This document shows, in pieces, positions 27,449 through 41,409 of a stretch of DNA of 64,000 nt. The position numbers and the translations under genes were made by a program. This stretch comes from Epiperipatus broadwayi (taxonomy: Eukaryota; Animalia; Onychophora). The stretch lies in assembly GCA_028023455.1 (NCBI GenBank), contig JAQFVV010000002.1:31992001-32056000 (forward strand). The letters are read 5' to 3'. How positions within the stretch are numbered: the first letter of the stretch is position 1; each line of letters starts with the position of its first letter. The notes beneath the pieces are model-generated. The model made no database searches. It was not told where the DNA came from and saw only the letters and a list, made by a program, of their open reading frames with translations.

Positions 27449-30145
27449 TGTTAAGTTCTCCGAACAAACTTACGTTAGGGTAATTAGGCAATGGATACTA
27501 TTAAATGACATCATGTCATTGACTCCGATTGCTCTCATTATGGAAAAGGATCTGGCCATTTGAAGGTAAATACAGACAACTACAAATAACTGTCAGAAAT
27601 GAACAGCAGTGTGCATGTTGGCCACAGGATCGTAAAGCAGTGGGGCAAATTCACTTTGGACTGGAAATACAGTCAAGCTGTCACAACACATGTGGAAGTG
27701 TCACCATACCTGCTCACAAGGGGAGCTGTCATAACAGAGTTGGACATGTTAGGTAAACATGGAAGGGCATCTTGAGTCTCTTGCGTCAATACTTGCATGG
27801 CAACTACAAGCTATACTAACCAATGTATTAGGTGTACGGGACAGCAGATATTTATGTAAAATATATTGTAAATGAATAATGTGTAAAAATTGAATAAATA
27901 CTTAATCATATTTATACAAGTCTGTGTTTATTACATTTGCATATAAACATAACACATATGATGCAGTTATGACGGAATTTTACCGCCACGGGTCGTTCAA
28001 ATCTGTGTCATTAATTACAAAAAATTGACAGCTAATATTATTAGCACATCAATAAAAATTAAAGAATCAAATGTGAGCACTTGGTCATTTACTGTAAAGA
28101 AAAAGTGAAGAAATTTTTTTTTTCTCATAGCAGAGAGGGAAAGAATGGCTAAAATTGGCTCATTAGAAAAGTTCAATCCAGCCTATCCTGAAAATTGACC
28201 AACCTACATGGATCAAGTGCTTTTCTACATGCAAGCTAATCAAATTAAAAATCTTGAATTAAAATTAGTGATATTTATAGTGATCTACAATGCACCGACA
28301 GAAATTACGAAATCTTATAAGCACAAGCAGCTCCATACTTCTGGCTAAGCATAATTTAAATAAAGCACTATCTCTACTATCAAGCTTTTTCTGCCCAAAA
28401 CCTTTAAAAATAATGGCAGATATATCATCACTTCAATACCTACCCACAAGAGGTGGTGGAGTGAGAGATTTTGCCAGGAAGCTTGCATTTAGCCGAGAGT
28501 TTGGAAATTTCTTAAACTAAGCGTCAAGAGATTGTGGAACAGGATCATATGCTCAAGGTCAAATTGTTAATGGATACAAATACTATAATTGAGTCCACAA
28601 TACCTCAAGCAATTTTAGCTGAATTTACAATGATTCAATCCCAGCATTAAAGCTGTCGATCAGAAAATCAAATCGTCTTAAAACTTTTCTAATCAGAATG
28701 AGCTTGAGATTTACTAATAATAATATTGTGAATGTTCGTTACAGACATGACAAACCAAAGCATGCACACACCGAACATCTACATAGTGTGTAGATTTTGT
28801 AAGCTTTTTGGTCACATAGGAGCTGCTTGTTTTAAAAAGAAAAAACAAATATCTCAGAAAATAATTGAAGAGTCCATTCCAAAAAGCCTGAAGAGCAACA
28901 TAAAATCAAATAAAGTCAATGCCAGTATTATTTCAGCTTCTAAACACATAAATTTTTATTAATGATATGTCAATAACAATGAAACTGGATACTGGGTTGT
29001 GTCAACAAATATGTGGGCTATCAATAAAAGAAAAATATCAGCCATAAACAAAAATAATCACTAATTGCCAAGGTAATCAAACTCCTCTCTTGGAAAAGCT
29101 AAGACAAAAGAGGCGATTGATGATAAAATGAGTTTGAACTCTGGGATAAACTGGTCAGTCCTTAGGCCTAGTCAGCATGATCATGAAAACAAAAGTGCTA
29201 AAATGCAAATAAGTCCTCAAGTCCTATGCCATATGTTCAAAGAATTCACCAAATGGGTTCCAGCTGTTGTGATCAAATTAAAAGGATTGGAAACAGTATT
29301 TCTTGACAGCCACACCACAGGCACAGACTAATTAAGACAGAACTATGATTTATCAACCAGCAGTGAAGAGTCCCCAACCAGATAGAAGAGTCTACAAGTC
29401 TAGACCTTCTGAAGAAGACACCAGTCCAGTTGATGAAAATACCAAATCTACAAATAATACCAGACCTACAAATGCTAACGCTCTGCTGATGAAAACACCA
29501 GATCCACTAATGAACTCACTGAACCTGATGATAATGGAACCAGACCTGAAGGAAACAATAAAGACTTCCACCGATGCATCTCAGTGATTATATTCTCCAG
29601 GCCTAATTTTAGCCATGGGGAGGGAATGTTATAGCTCAACTTACTTCAATTAATGGACTTGCTCAGATTCGGTCTTATCTTGATCAGAATGAGCGTTTGT
29701 CACTACAGACCAATGGATATATGAATAGAAACGATATATCTGATACTGAATAGACCAATAGGCAATGATGATCAGTAAAGTGGATTTCGCTATAAATAGA
29801 CAGTCCATTTGGAGGCAAAGTCAGACAATAACAAATAATTGTCAGAAATGAAGGGCAATACGCATATTGTCAACAATATTGTTAAGGCAGTGAAGCAAAT
29901 TCACGTTGAACTGAAAGTGACAGATATTTAAACTTGATATCAAAGCAAGCTGTCACAGTACAGCTGGAAGTATTAGGAAAATCTAGAAGAACTCCCTAAA
30001 TCCCTTGCTTTAATAGTTGCATGGCAACTAGACACTATACCTAGCCAACATATTAGGAACGTGATATATCAAATGTAAATATAAATTTGTATACAAGTTG
30101 AATAAATATTTTATCATGTTTATTACATCGCATATAAACACAACA
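27449..30145 (+). mobile_element. Internally deleted Ty3/gypsy LTR element
   Basis: LTR-like repeats at about 27449-27954 and 29627-30145 (TG..CA); PPT GGGGAGGGAA at 29617-29626; gag start MAKIGSLEKFNP, CCHC CRFCKLFGHIGAAC, protease LDTG; no TSD found. Confidence 0.8.
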
Positions 30146-32554
30146 GAACTAAAACTTTCAAACTGTTTTTCTAAAACTACCTACATATTTTATTAATTAA
30201 ATTAAGAAATTCGATACATTTAATTCTATTAGAAAATAATTTTTAAATGTGAATTTGAAATTCAATACAACTTATTTTTTCCGGCAACTGGCGCCATCTA
30301 TTGAGATAAAATGGTACTAAATTATAAATTAATTAAAAGAACATTTCTTTTTTGTGTTATAATTTGAAAATTCATAAATTTAACTTGTGATGTTCTAAAA
30401 GCAAATCGTTTGACATTGTTATAGTTTAATTATTACTGATATTTTACATTTTTAAATAAATTTAGCATACAGAAGTGTATGTGTAATGTAAATGTGTTGG
30501 ATTTGATAAATTATATACAGTATACATATTTTAATAGTTATTAACTTTATAAGACTAATTGTGTATGCGATATATTAAACACAAATTACAAACTGTTTAG
30601 TGCATTAGCAGCTACATAATGTAATAAAATGAATTGTTTTCGAAAAAAAGATAAAGTTTGAGTCCTGATCATATTAAATAAAATGCATCCTAACTTTTTA
30701 AATCTAACAAGGAGTTAAAATCCTGTCAATTTGATTTTGTTATACATATGCATATTTATATAAACATATATCCATACATTACGCATATTCAGTTAGAGCT
30801 TTATTGTTACCTTGCATGAAATTTATTTTTATTGGATTAAATTGTAAATGAGAGGAATATGTAGACTGGATCTCCTGATTAAGTTTTAAGGAATTTGAAT
30901 AACTAGGGTTTAATTTCATTTTTTTGCTTCCATTTCAATTAACATGGGTTTACATTGATACCCTTGGTTATCTTCCATTAAGCAAGAAACTATCCTCTCT
31001 AATTCTTTCTCTAGATCTCTCAATATTTTTCATACTGGAATGTGATTAATACTTATTTGAACCTTAAATACAAATAGAAAAAAAAACAGAGAAGTTGATT
31101 TGGGTATAAATTAGAATATGAAAGCTAAAATGCTGTGATAAGAAAAGCTTCGTATTTACATAGTTTTAATTGAGCTTCAAAAAAGTGGACCATTAAATGC
31201 ACTGAACTCATTTGAATAAATTTAAATAAATCTACACTATATTTATATACACCATCCTATCCACCATTCAATGCTATGAATATGATATTCATAAGAGATC
31301 AAAAGCACTAAACTCAATTAAAATCAAAAACATTGTTATCACTGTGTCCGAGCACTTGAAAGTTAATTTACAATTGGTCTAAGAAAAGTTATTATTTCAA
31401 AGAATTAAATTAGTTTACTGCAGCAAAAAAGAATTACAGAAAAAGTTAATGCAAACACTTATGAAGTTATGAATGATATGGCGAGAAAATTGGAAGAATT
31501 GGTAGATGCAATTACGTTAAGAAAAGATCAAAAACGAATTGTTTTATTATATTAACATGTTTTTAAATGATTGCATATGAACAATATATTACAGAGAGTT
31601 AAAACAATGCATGAGTAAAAGTTGAGAGACAGGTTAATTAAGGTAAGTGTTGAGACGAGCAAAAAAAATTGATATACTATTTGACTTACGTGTACAAAAA
31701 TTGGATAAACATATTAAAAATATATTAGACATAACGTTTATTAAGTGTGGGATAAGAGACAGATAACTTAATAATTGGGGGAGGACGATTATAGAAGTGA
31801 AAAATAAGTAAATACCATAGTATCAAAGCAATTGTAGAGGAAAGTTTAAGCACAAGGTGATATGTTAAAAAGTGAAGAAAATATTTATCATATGATATGC
31901 ATGAATGTGGGATAAAAATACATAGCTTTTATTGTTGGAATGTAATATTTTCAAAAAACATAGAGAACAAATCTTCAAATTATGGAATATGTATAATAAG
32001 AAGAAGGGATTATGATAGAAAAAAAATGTTTGTTTAATGGGGGTAAAAAATAGCAGAAAAATTATGACTTAGATGTAAAAATGAATAATGAAGAAATTTG
32101 ATTAATGAAATTTTTAAAAAAATTTAAAATTTAAGCATAAATATCTACAAATTAAGCTCAGATCATCTGCATGAAGCTTCAAAGAATTAACCGACATTGC
32201 AATTTTTATGTATAGTTCTGTAATTTTCTTTTTCTATCTCATATTCATATATCCATACATATATTTCTCAAAGATGTCAGCCGAGCAAACCTGTTATATA
32301 CAATTTATCACCAAAACAAGTTTCATATTTTGTATTACTCATTTTACTATTTCAATGCTACAAAATAATCAAAAACATACATCACTCAGGTCATGTGATA
32401 TACAAACATCATAAATTACAATCCGAGTTTGGACCAGAAACTTTTAATTCACGGAACATGACTCGTAGAGTATTTAGTTTTTAGAAATGAAATTGTGACT
32501 TTTTTTATTCTTTAACTTTCAAGTACTTCTTAAAAATATACATTATTTACATAA

Positions 32555-32757
32555 TCCTATGAAATGGGGTTGGGCTGGACATATTGGTAGAAGAGATGAT
32601 AACAGATGGACAGTTAAAATATTGAAGTGTAAGACCACATTTGATACGGATGACTGAAATAAGGAAATGTGCTGGGGTGATGGGGAGAAAAGAAGCTAGA
32701 GACCAGAAATGGATTGAACTTGGAGAAACCTTCATCCTGCAGTGAATTGATGATATT
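32555..32757 (+). mobile_element. RTE 3' fragment (further copies at about 41040-41205 +, 49340-49490 +, 56925-57165 -)
   Basis: MKWGWAGHIGRRDDNRWT ... KWIELGETFILQ, similar to the 14.3 kb copy. Confidence 0.82.
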
Positions 32758-33216
32758 AACCTAGCTAAATAGCTGCAGGAAAGAACTTTACCATATCCCT
32801 CCTTGTTTTGCCTAATGATAATGAATTCATTAATCAGTAACTGAATAGCTAAACAGATTATCTAGGAAACAGCTGCTTGAAAATAAAATTCTAAGTCGTT
32901 AGAACCTGAAAAAAATTTCATATTCTACCCAGCTAGGATTAAATCCCAAGACCTAGTCACAACAAACACATATACTAAAAACTAGATTATGTTTCTATAA
33001 ATAATTAATTTTTTTCCGACGGTGACAAGTTTGTTTCATAAATTTTCCAACATACGTCAACATTTTAGCAAATATTGGTGAATTTAAAATGACCTAAATC
33101 TAACAAAAAAATTCTATATTAGCAAAGTTATCCAGAACATCTCACATATATTAGCGACTATTCTATTTTAGTACTTACAGTAAGCTTTGTGTGCTCCCCG
33201 TGAAGAATGTCCATTA

Positions 33217-33328
33217 GATATAAGAGGAGGGCATGGTCTTTTGCAATAAGAGCCACATACAGTACTTTTCATGATATAAGGGGAGGGCAAAGTCTTTTGC
33301 AATAAGAGCCACATACAGTACTTTTCAT
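33217..33328 (+). repeat. 56-bp tandem duplication
   Basis: Two adjacent units GATATAAG.GGAGGGCA..GTCTTTTGCAATAAGAGCCACATACAGTACTTTTCAT with 3 differences. Confidence 0.95.
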
Positions 33329-33636
33329 ATATTTTTGAATGTTCAATGAAGCAGAAAATATTATTTTAAAAATATATTTATATATAATATTAAAAAAATA
33401 AAATAATAGTCCTACATACCATCAAATGTTGAAAGATGTTTTTACAACCAAATACAATAAAATTTTGAAAATATGTAGTTTTTTTACTTAACTAAAGCAT
33501 TAGCAAATTAAATATTACAATATTAATATACATTATAGTTTATTATAACAAAAGTTTAGAAAAAATGATAATAATAATAACCAATAGATAATTAATCTAT
33601 TCATTCCGTATACTGAATGTTTATTATAGTAAATTC

Positions 33637-34252
33637 AGAGATTTGAACTTCAGATTTTCAGTCTATATTTATCCTCCACTCCATCTCAACCAACCGATAT
33701 ACTTGACCACAAACATATGAAAAAGATAAATGATTCCCAATATATGTATTTCATGCAGAACCAACTCTCATCAGTTGGACCAGATCATAATCTCCCACAT
33801 ATATATACAATCAGTGCTCAGTTTATATTAAGATAGCAATTCCTTAAATTTTAATGGCCAGGCTTAATTACATATTGGCTTGGAAATAGGTTACATTATA
33901 GTATAAGTCCAGCCCATCACTCACCTATTATTATAAATGGATATGTAATGGTCTGATAATATAAGGGATTAGATTGACATATCTACACGGGTAAGACTAC
34001 AATATCAAATCCACCAAGGGCTTTGAGCATTCCATCGTTGCTTTTTCAATTGAAACCTGTCCATTAAAGTTTAAGAAACTGCTTTCTTAATATAAGCTGA
34101 GCACTGATTGTATATATGTGTGGAAGATTATAATCGGGCTCAAATGCTGAGTGCCGGTTTATTTTTTTTACATGGGTGGTTATATGTATCGGTTACATGA
34201 GATGAAGCGGAAGACGAATATAGACTGAAAATCCTAAGTTCAAATCCCTCTA
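33637..34252. mobile_element. Family C palindrome (about 200-bp arms, about 205-bp spacer), core at 33736-33779 (-)
   Basis: 33637-33855 is the reverse complement of 34061-34252; minus strand TCCAA CTGATGA ... GAAATACATATA TTGGG, stem II degraded. Confidence 0.82.
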
Positions 34253-34499
34253 TTTAATAACCAATAGAGTTTTGGTAACTGCACAGGAGTCACATACTGC
34301 TTGCGAGCTGTAGTTTGCCCACCCATTGACTTATATATATAATTTTTTCATATTAAGGTTAGTCAAGGTAACAAAATACATAACAACTAATACTTGATTA
34401 CTATTGGTGGTAATTTCCCACTGCCTGTAACATCTTTAACACAATTTATTTTATCATTTCAATATTTATAGCTATATCACAAACTTTTTTAAACCTTTA

Positions 34500-34800
34500 T
34501 TTCTTTAAGATTCATAAACGGTTTCCTTTGGTGCTTTTGTGATCTTGAAGAATGCAATAATGTCAAGAAAAGCAAACAGCTGTCAGAATGAATTTCATTG
34601 TTAACCTGTGTCTCTAAAGTTGTTTCACTACACCAATGAACTGAAATTCTTTTTGGGAAATACAGACTAGCAAAAACCTATTTCAACCAATGGCAGCTTG
34701 AAAAGCCATTGGGGATTCAAAAATATTCATTCCAGCTTTATGTAAGGTATTGGATGAAATCAAAGTTTCTTCTCCATACAATAACCAAACATCTGTCATT
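34500..34800 (-). mobile_element. Degraded RTE-type RT C-terminal fragment
   Basis: LLYGEETLI...MNIFES resembles LLYG.ETW...LN.FE. Confidence 0.45.
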
Positions 34801-35271
34801 TGCCTTTTTATTTAATATCAATTATCACCTCAAATTCTCTTGTATATATGTTTACTATATTTATAATAAAAATTAATTTAAAATCCAAACAAAGATACCA
34901 AAAAATTTAGGCCATTACCCAAAGACCGATTGCATTCACATTTCACATTTATTCCTTAAAAATTATTAAAGATTCCTTACAATCAACTGTATATTTCAAC
35001 TACAAATTTAAAAAAATTTATACTACACAACTTAATCCAATGAAAATTAAAAACAGAAATTACATATAAGTATGGGTGATATAAATATATATCCAAGATG
35101 CTATTCTTCAACCATTCTTCTCTATAGATTCATATATATATTTGTGTGTGTTTGACCATGTGACATGGAACACTAATTCCCTCTCTATTTAGCTAACAAT
35201 AAAACTAAGATTCTTTTAAATAAATGCCAATTCCTAAAAAGTAAACAATGAAACTCAAAAGCTCAACACTA

Positions 35272-35367
35272 CTCAAGCGTTGGTGGCCAAGTAGTCAGCA
35301 CAGCTGCCTTAAAAGCAGTTGTCTCCCGGTTTGCTTCCCAGCCGATGCTTTGACACCTGGAAAAAAA
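35272..35367 (+). mobile_element. tRNA-derived SINE copy, 15-bp TSD
   Basis: AAAAGCTCAACACTA at 35257-35271 and 35368-35382; same body ending GCCGATGCT.TGACAC. Confidence 0.85.
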
Positions 35368-36463
35368 AAAAGCTCAACACTAGTCTTTAGTTTCAGAAAA
35401 ACCTTATATTCAGCTGTATGGACCCTTAAATATCATCACTCATAATTCCACAATTAGCATATTATGGAATACTATTTATCTGCTATGCCCACAGTCTCAA
35501 GTTCAATCCTGGCAAAAAGCTTAAAAAAACATTTCAGGTAACTGGCCTATAACACTTCAGCTGGCCATCTAATTACTGATCGGTAAATAGTAATTAGAAA
35601 TTCATAGTTAGGTATTAAAAAAATAAAAACAATTGAGCTCCCAGCAACTAGCATTTAATTAGCCTCATAAGGATTTCTGACCTATTTCTCTGCAGAGGGA
35701 TATTAAACAAGTTTTTACGTTGAAGAAATTTGTTTAAGGTTATTTTACTTATAAGAACCTTTTCCTTTTATTTTTGTTTATATATGTTCACTGCATGTAT
35801 CTGATTTCTATGGGATATTTTTCATATAATGTAGATAATGCGATAATTTCTCGAGTAAAATAATTTGAATTTTTCATTATTTTAAAAAGTTAGGGAGGCA
35901 TTAACTTTGGATGAATTAAATAAAAAAGCATATGAAGTCTTTCAAATTAACCTTACGATTAAATCCTTTTTAGCATTGCTAAATCATTTCAGATAATGTA
36001 ATAAATGACATGAAGTGTAAAACGTTTTAATGTCCGGTTCCGTAAATCAAAAAAGTCCTAACACTTTCTCAAATATAAATAGATAAAATAAAAATATTAA
36101 AAACATGTCTAGAAAATCAAATCATCATTTCTAAAATATGTGAAAAGCTTGCCAAACTTTTGAGAGATAAAGTTATAACACCAATACAATCATATCATTC
36201 TACTTCAGAGCCATCTATTGATGACATTTGTAATCAATGGTTATGCTCAATCTTGATTTTTTTGTCAGTTAAAAGAGCTGCTTTACAACAGTCACTTAAG
36301 ATTTTGACTACAAACATATATGCCTTTAAAGCCACAAAAGGCTGACACTAAAACAGTTTGGAACTATAATGCATATTTTAGTGACTTGTAACTTTGATAT
36401 GAAGTTAAAAAGGAGACAGGATCTACTATAATGGATGATTTTTCTAATCCTTTTTACATTATA

Positions 36464-36958
36464 ATATGTTGGACTATTTCCCTCACTTATCAATAAATGT
36501 TGAAGGTATAGGAAATTTTAAATTTAATTTAAACTTTTCAAATACAAACAACTTGTTAGTAATAACACACAAATAGACAACACAGGTGAGTAATTACCAC
36601 AACGTTTCGAGTAGCAGTATTCTCCACTCTTTTTCAGGTGTTGTTGGCCTGGCCAGTGACAGTATTTACATAGGAGTTGAACTTGCACCTTTAGATTCTC
36701 AAACATCAAATTTTTAAGGCAATGCTCCAACAAACTGAGTTCAGTTCGACTCCTATGCTATTACTGTCACTGGTCAGGCCAGTAACGCCTGAAGAAGAAT
36801 GGAGACTAACACTCCTCGAAACATTGTGCAATTACTAACCTGTATCTATTCATGTGTTATTACTAACAAGTTGTTTGTATTTGAAAAGTTTAAATAAAGT
36901 TTCAAATTTTCTATACATTCAACATTTAATGATAGATGATGGAAATAGTCCAACATAT
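36464..36958. mobile_element. Family D HHR palindrome
   Basis: Arms about 36464-36680 and 36760-36958; cores at 36596-36643 (-, CTGAAAA A GAGTGG..CTACTC GAAACGTT) and about 36783-36830 (+, CTGAAGA...CTC GAAAC). Confidence 0.82.
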
Positions 36959-37677
36959 CACATCTAATATACCATCATCACAAACCTTCAGGCAAACCCT
37001 TTAACATCAATTTCTTCTGAGATTTCTATTTTGAGTGATAAACTTGTGTGTTCAGGTTAGACAACTTTTCTGGACACTTTTATTTACTTTGCTGAGGGTT
37101 TTTTTTTTTTTGTTTGTCTGTCTGAATAAGATTTTGTACCTCAATTTTCATCCATTTTCCAATTCTCAATCTAGTTGAACAATTTAACCAGATCATGTGT
37201 TTATGGTTTATTAATTGAACGAATATATTTTAAAATCCACTGAAAGTATCAAAAATGCTATCTTGGTCCAGAATACTACAATAAATTTATGAGGAACATT
37301 AAAATTAATGTCAGCGACTTAACAAAAAAAAAATTTAGGAGTAATTATGGACTGGATTATAATTAATGATAATCAAAAACTTTTTATTTGTAATTCATTA
37401 TTTTATATGATCTTAATATGTTAATGTTTGAAATTTCGCGTGTATATATTTGTTAGTCTTAACGCAAGAAAATTATTTACTTTAATAAATTAAATTTTAC
37501 TAAAAAATTAACAACAAATTTAAATTTTTAATTTTATGTTGGACATTTAGTACTCTTTTCAATATACTTCCATCTAGCGGTATTAAATTGGACTTAAACT
37601 TTGTTTACAATTTCTCAAACTACACAAACTTAAACATAAAAAAAAAACTGCTTTTATTTACATAAATGCATTAAGTA

Positions 37678-37990
37678 TAGGGGATTTGAACTCAGATTTT
37701 CAAGCATCCTTCAACTATCCACACTATCTCATACAACTGATACCCATGACCACACACATGTAGAAAAGATAATGATCTGGACCAAATGATGAGTGCTGGT
37801 TTAGCACGAAATACGTATATTGACGATTATTTATCTCTTCTACATGTGTGCGGTCATGTTTATCAGTTGTATGAGATAGTGTGGATAGTTGAAGGGTGCT
37901 TGAAAATCTGAGTTCAAATCCCCTAAACTTACAATTAAGTTCCAGGTTAGTGAAGAGTACCTGGTTTTCAAATATAAATGCATTAAAAAA
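37678..37990. mobile_element. Family C palindrome whose loop is an HHR core (37781-37824, +)
   Basis: Arms about 37678-37775 and 37828-37925; core ACCAA aTGATGA GTGCT-GGTTT-AGCAC GAA ATACGTAT A TTG with C3 mutated to A. Confidence 0.87.
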
Positions 37991-38398
37991 TAAATTGTCT
38001 TCAACTTTCGCAATATTCTTATGTGACCAAAAATAAAAGTTTTGATCTCGCATAATATCACAAATACATAAAAGCTGAAAAAAAAAATTGTTTATTTTTC
38101 AGTCCTTCTTTTTTACTTTTTAGTGAATTTAAGTAAATAATTTCTTTTTTTAATATAATTATTATTATTCATTAAAAAAAAATATTTTATATTTAAACTA
38201 AATAACTAAAATTATTTTATTCTGCTAGATTTTCTCTAACATTCAACGTATTTTTGTAGGTTTCTATATGATCATGTTTAATTTGCAACTGAACTATATT
38301 ATATAAATTTATACACATGCACACATATTTTAAAAAATGTTCAGCTCAATAAATAAACTCTATATACCCATGCATGCGTGCGCACACACTATACTTAC

Positions 38399-38590
38399 CA
38401 ACATACATCACAGTGCCTCGTTTTGTCGGCTGAGTTGGGGCCCTTATTTCACATCGGTCCCCAAGGTGGATGTTATTTGATAATGCAAGTTCTTTTTGTT
38501 CTTGAATTTCTTTCTCCTGTAATTTTGAGGCTTTTTCTCCTTCATTAAACTGGCCTAATTTGTGTTTCTGTTTAAATGTCCTTAAGGAAT
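38399..38590 (-). CDS. TBCB: TBCB exon 4, DSLRTFKQKHKLGQFN...GDRCEIRAPTQPTKRGTVMYVG
   Basis: Within ORF-track hit 38346-38600; TTAG acceptor, GTAAGT donor, 192 nt, phase 1/1; start of the CAP-Gly domain (RGTVMYVG). Confidence 0.97.
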
Positions 38591-40303
38591 CTAATACCAT
38601 GAAGAAGGATAAATATTAATAGTAACAGTAATAAAGATAATGAATGAATTTAATTAATTAAAATGCAAAGAAATTATCAATAGTATATACCATTCATGCA
38701 TAAATTGAAAGATATATACATTCAAAAATATATATTCTCACACATGGGTGAATAAAAATAAATTAGCAAAGAATAACGATTCGATTTATCAAGTACACAT
38801 TGGCAATAAACCCCAAAAAATAAACTCTTCACAATATATTGCCACAATAATGCTTACTCATAATTACATTAATGGCTTATCTCACTCAGGTTTTTGGATT
38901 AGAAATCAACCAATATCAACAAACTTCCATGACATATTTCTGGGTACATTGTCTTCGATCACATAACAGTAAACGTACCATCTACCAATCTTTATACCTT
39001 TTGCCATCAAACCTGAACCCCCACAAATTTCAAATATTCTATGGCTTTAAAGTTGTTACTTTCTTGTCTAACTACCAAGATCTAAAACTAATCCAATCTA
39101 CTTTATATTCTGATAATTTATTATTAAATGATAATCTACACCATAATATATTGTAAGATTTTTTTTTAACTAGAGGAGCAGGAAAAAATGTCAGAATACT
39201 TTTGTTTGTGATTACTCACAAGGAATGATGCTTAATTCATATTTGCACTTCTTATTATTGGCAAAATTTTGGCAACTCTCAACTCTGGTAAAATTTTCAT
39301 TCACAAAATTTACCCAATATGCATGTATATTGATGTGATTTGGCTGTTATTTTAATAGATTCATTCAAATAACATGAAAAAGGAAACAAAATGATAGTAA
39401 TTTATCAATTTATATGTGTGTATGTATATATATAATACAAATAAAATGTATGTTAACTAAAAAATATTGTAATAACAATAAAAATAATAAATACAATGGT
39501 GATTAACTATTATATACAGTCTTTCAATCTGCAGGAGTATTTTCGGTTAATTCGTTAACCCTCTTCAACTGCTGTTAAATTCAAAAACAAAAAATCAAAC
39601 AGAATGTCATCAACTCAAATCCTAGGATTCCCAAATTTTAATGTAATGTTGTTGTTTTTTTTTAATTTAACAGTAGTTGAAGAGTGTTAAGGAATTACTT
39701 CTGGGATTGAATGAATGTGTATAATAGTTGATCACTGTTATATTTATTATTTTTATGATATATATATAAAAATATTGGGAGATGAAGCTTCATCTAACCA
39801 TAAAAAAATTAAACAAATCCACATCACATCACATTCTGTAAATTAAAGATAACGCAGACTATTTATTGTTATACTTCTCAAAATAATAAAGCTAGATTTA
39901 CTAAAATGTTAAAATTTCAGAGTGGTTAACATGTTTTCAAATTTAGCTTTATTTATATCGAAAAGCAATTTGCTAAATGGAGTACAGTTGATTTATTTAA
40001 TTATTACATGACTAGATGGGGCTTAATCAACTCTAATGCTGTAGGAAATTACAGCAACAAAATCTGTAGTTTTTCAAAATAATGAAATTACATTATAGTG
40101 TGCAAATTGCCAGGCCAAGAAAAATTGATTAAAAGTTTAATTTCTAATTTCTTTGAAACTCCTATTTGACTAAGAGAAATGAAAGCATTCAGAAATCACT
40201 TTTTAAAACAAAGATGTATATCCGTATATTTTGCTCTACGATAATAGCTGCAAGAAAATATAGTCTTCATTGGATTTGTGGATTTAAAAAAAATTTATAT
40301 ATC

Positions 40304-40390
40304 TTTTTTTTTCAAGTGTCATAGCATCGGCCGGGATGCGAACCCGCAACCCGGGCAACTGCTTGTAAGGCAGTCGCGCTGACCTCTCGA
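40304..40390 (-). mobile_element. tRNA-derived SINE copy, 5'-truncated
   Basis: Minus strand TCGAGAGGTCAGCGCGACTGCCTTACAAGCAGTTGCCCGGGTTGCGGGTTCGCATCCCGGCCGATGCTATGACAC plus A tail. Confidence 0.85.
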
Positions 40391-40694
40391 TTAAATTAAT
40401 GAAAATTTTCATATCTACAATATTTTTCTAAATTATTCAAAACAATAAAGCTTTTTATTTTTTTAAATATAAAATCACATTTTCTCATTAGGTAATAGGA
40501 TACATACATACTGGTTTGGATCTATGCAACAATTGAATAAAACCATTAACTTGATTACAATTAAAACATCATAATCTGATAAATAATTTCTTCAGTGAAT
40601 ATAATTTGATTTGGTTTGCAAAGTTTGAGTTAGTGAATACCCCACAAATTTTCTTCCAAGTTAAATAAAGATACATAGAGACAAAACCCATACA

Positions 40695-40980
40695 TTAGTA
40701 CCACTATGTGCAAACTTTAATAAACAACGGATGCAAGAGGGTTTCTACATAAAATCCCTATCTACTGACTACTCATCCAATATCCCCAGACTACTTTCTA
40801 GCTTTCATCACTGAGGAATCTCGATCTAATGCAACCCTCCAGCACCTTTTACCTTTCTAGTTAATTATAGAGCAACAAAGTAAAAACTAGTCTGGGAAGA
40901 CGGATTATATGCACAAGCCTTCTTGCATCCACTGTTTTCTATGGTTTGCACTATGTGACACTACTGTATGGAAAGTTTGT
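40695..40980. repeat. Degraded family A palindrome with internal deletions
   Basis: Family A motifs in both orientations; stem II deleted from the core. Confidence 0.7.
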
Positions 40981-41409
40981 CACTGTTTCAAGAAATGATG
41001 ACAGGCAGTTGAAATTTTAAATTAAATTGCAAAATATTGAAAAGAACTAGAAAGAGACCACATGTGAAATGGAGGGATGAAATAAGGAAGTTTGTTGGTA
41101 CAATGTGAATAGAGACTATGGATTAATGAACCTGGATTAAACTTGGAAAGATATTCAACCTGCAGCAGATTGTTTGACAATAATTGAAAATGATGATGAT
41201 AATGACAAAAGTGATAATTCTGGAACTGAGCCTAAATTTTTTTTCTACGAGACAAAATGAAATCATAATCAATTATTTTCCTTGTTTTACTCTAATGAGA
41301 AATTTTGCTTTTATAATCAAATTTGTGTTTAAAATGATAAAGGTTTGGGCTTCTGTTATTTTTGGAAAAAAAATTTTTTCTTTAAACTTTGTTTTGGCCA
41401 AGTCATTTG

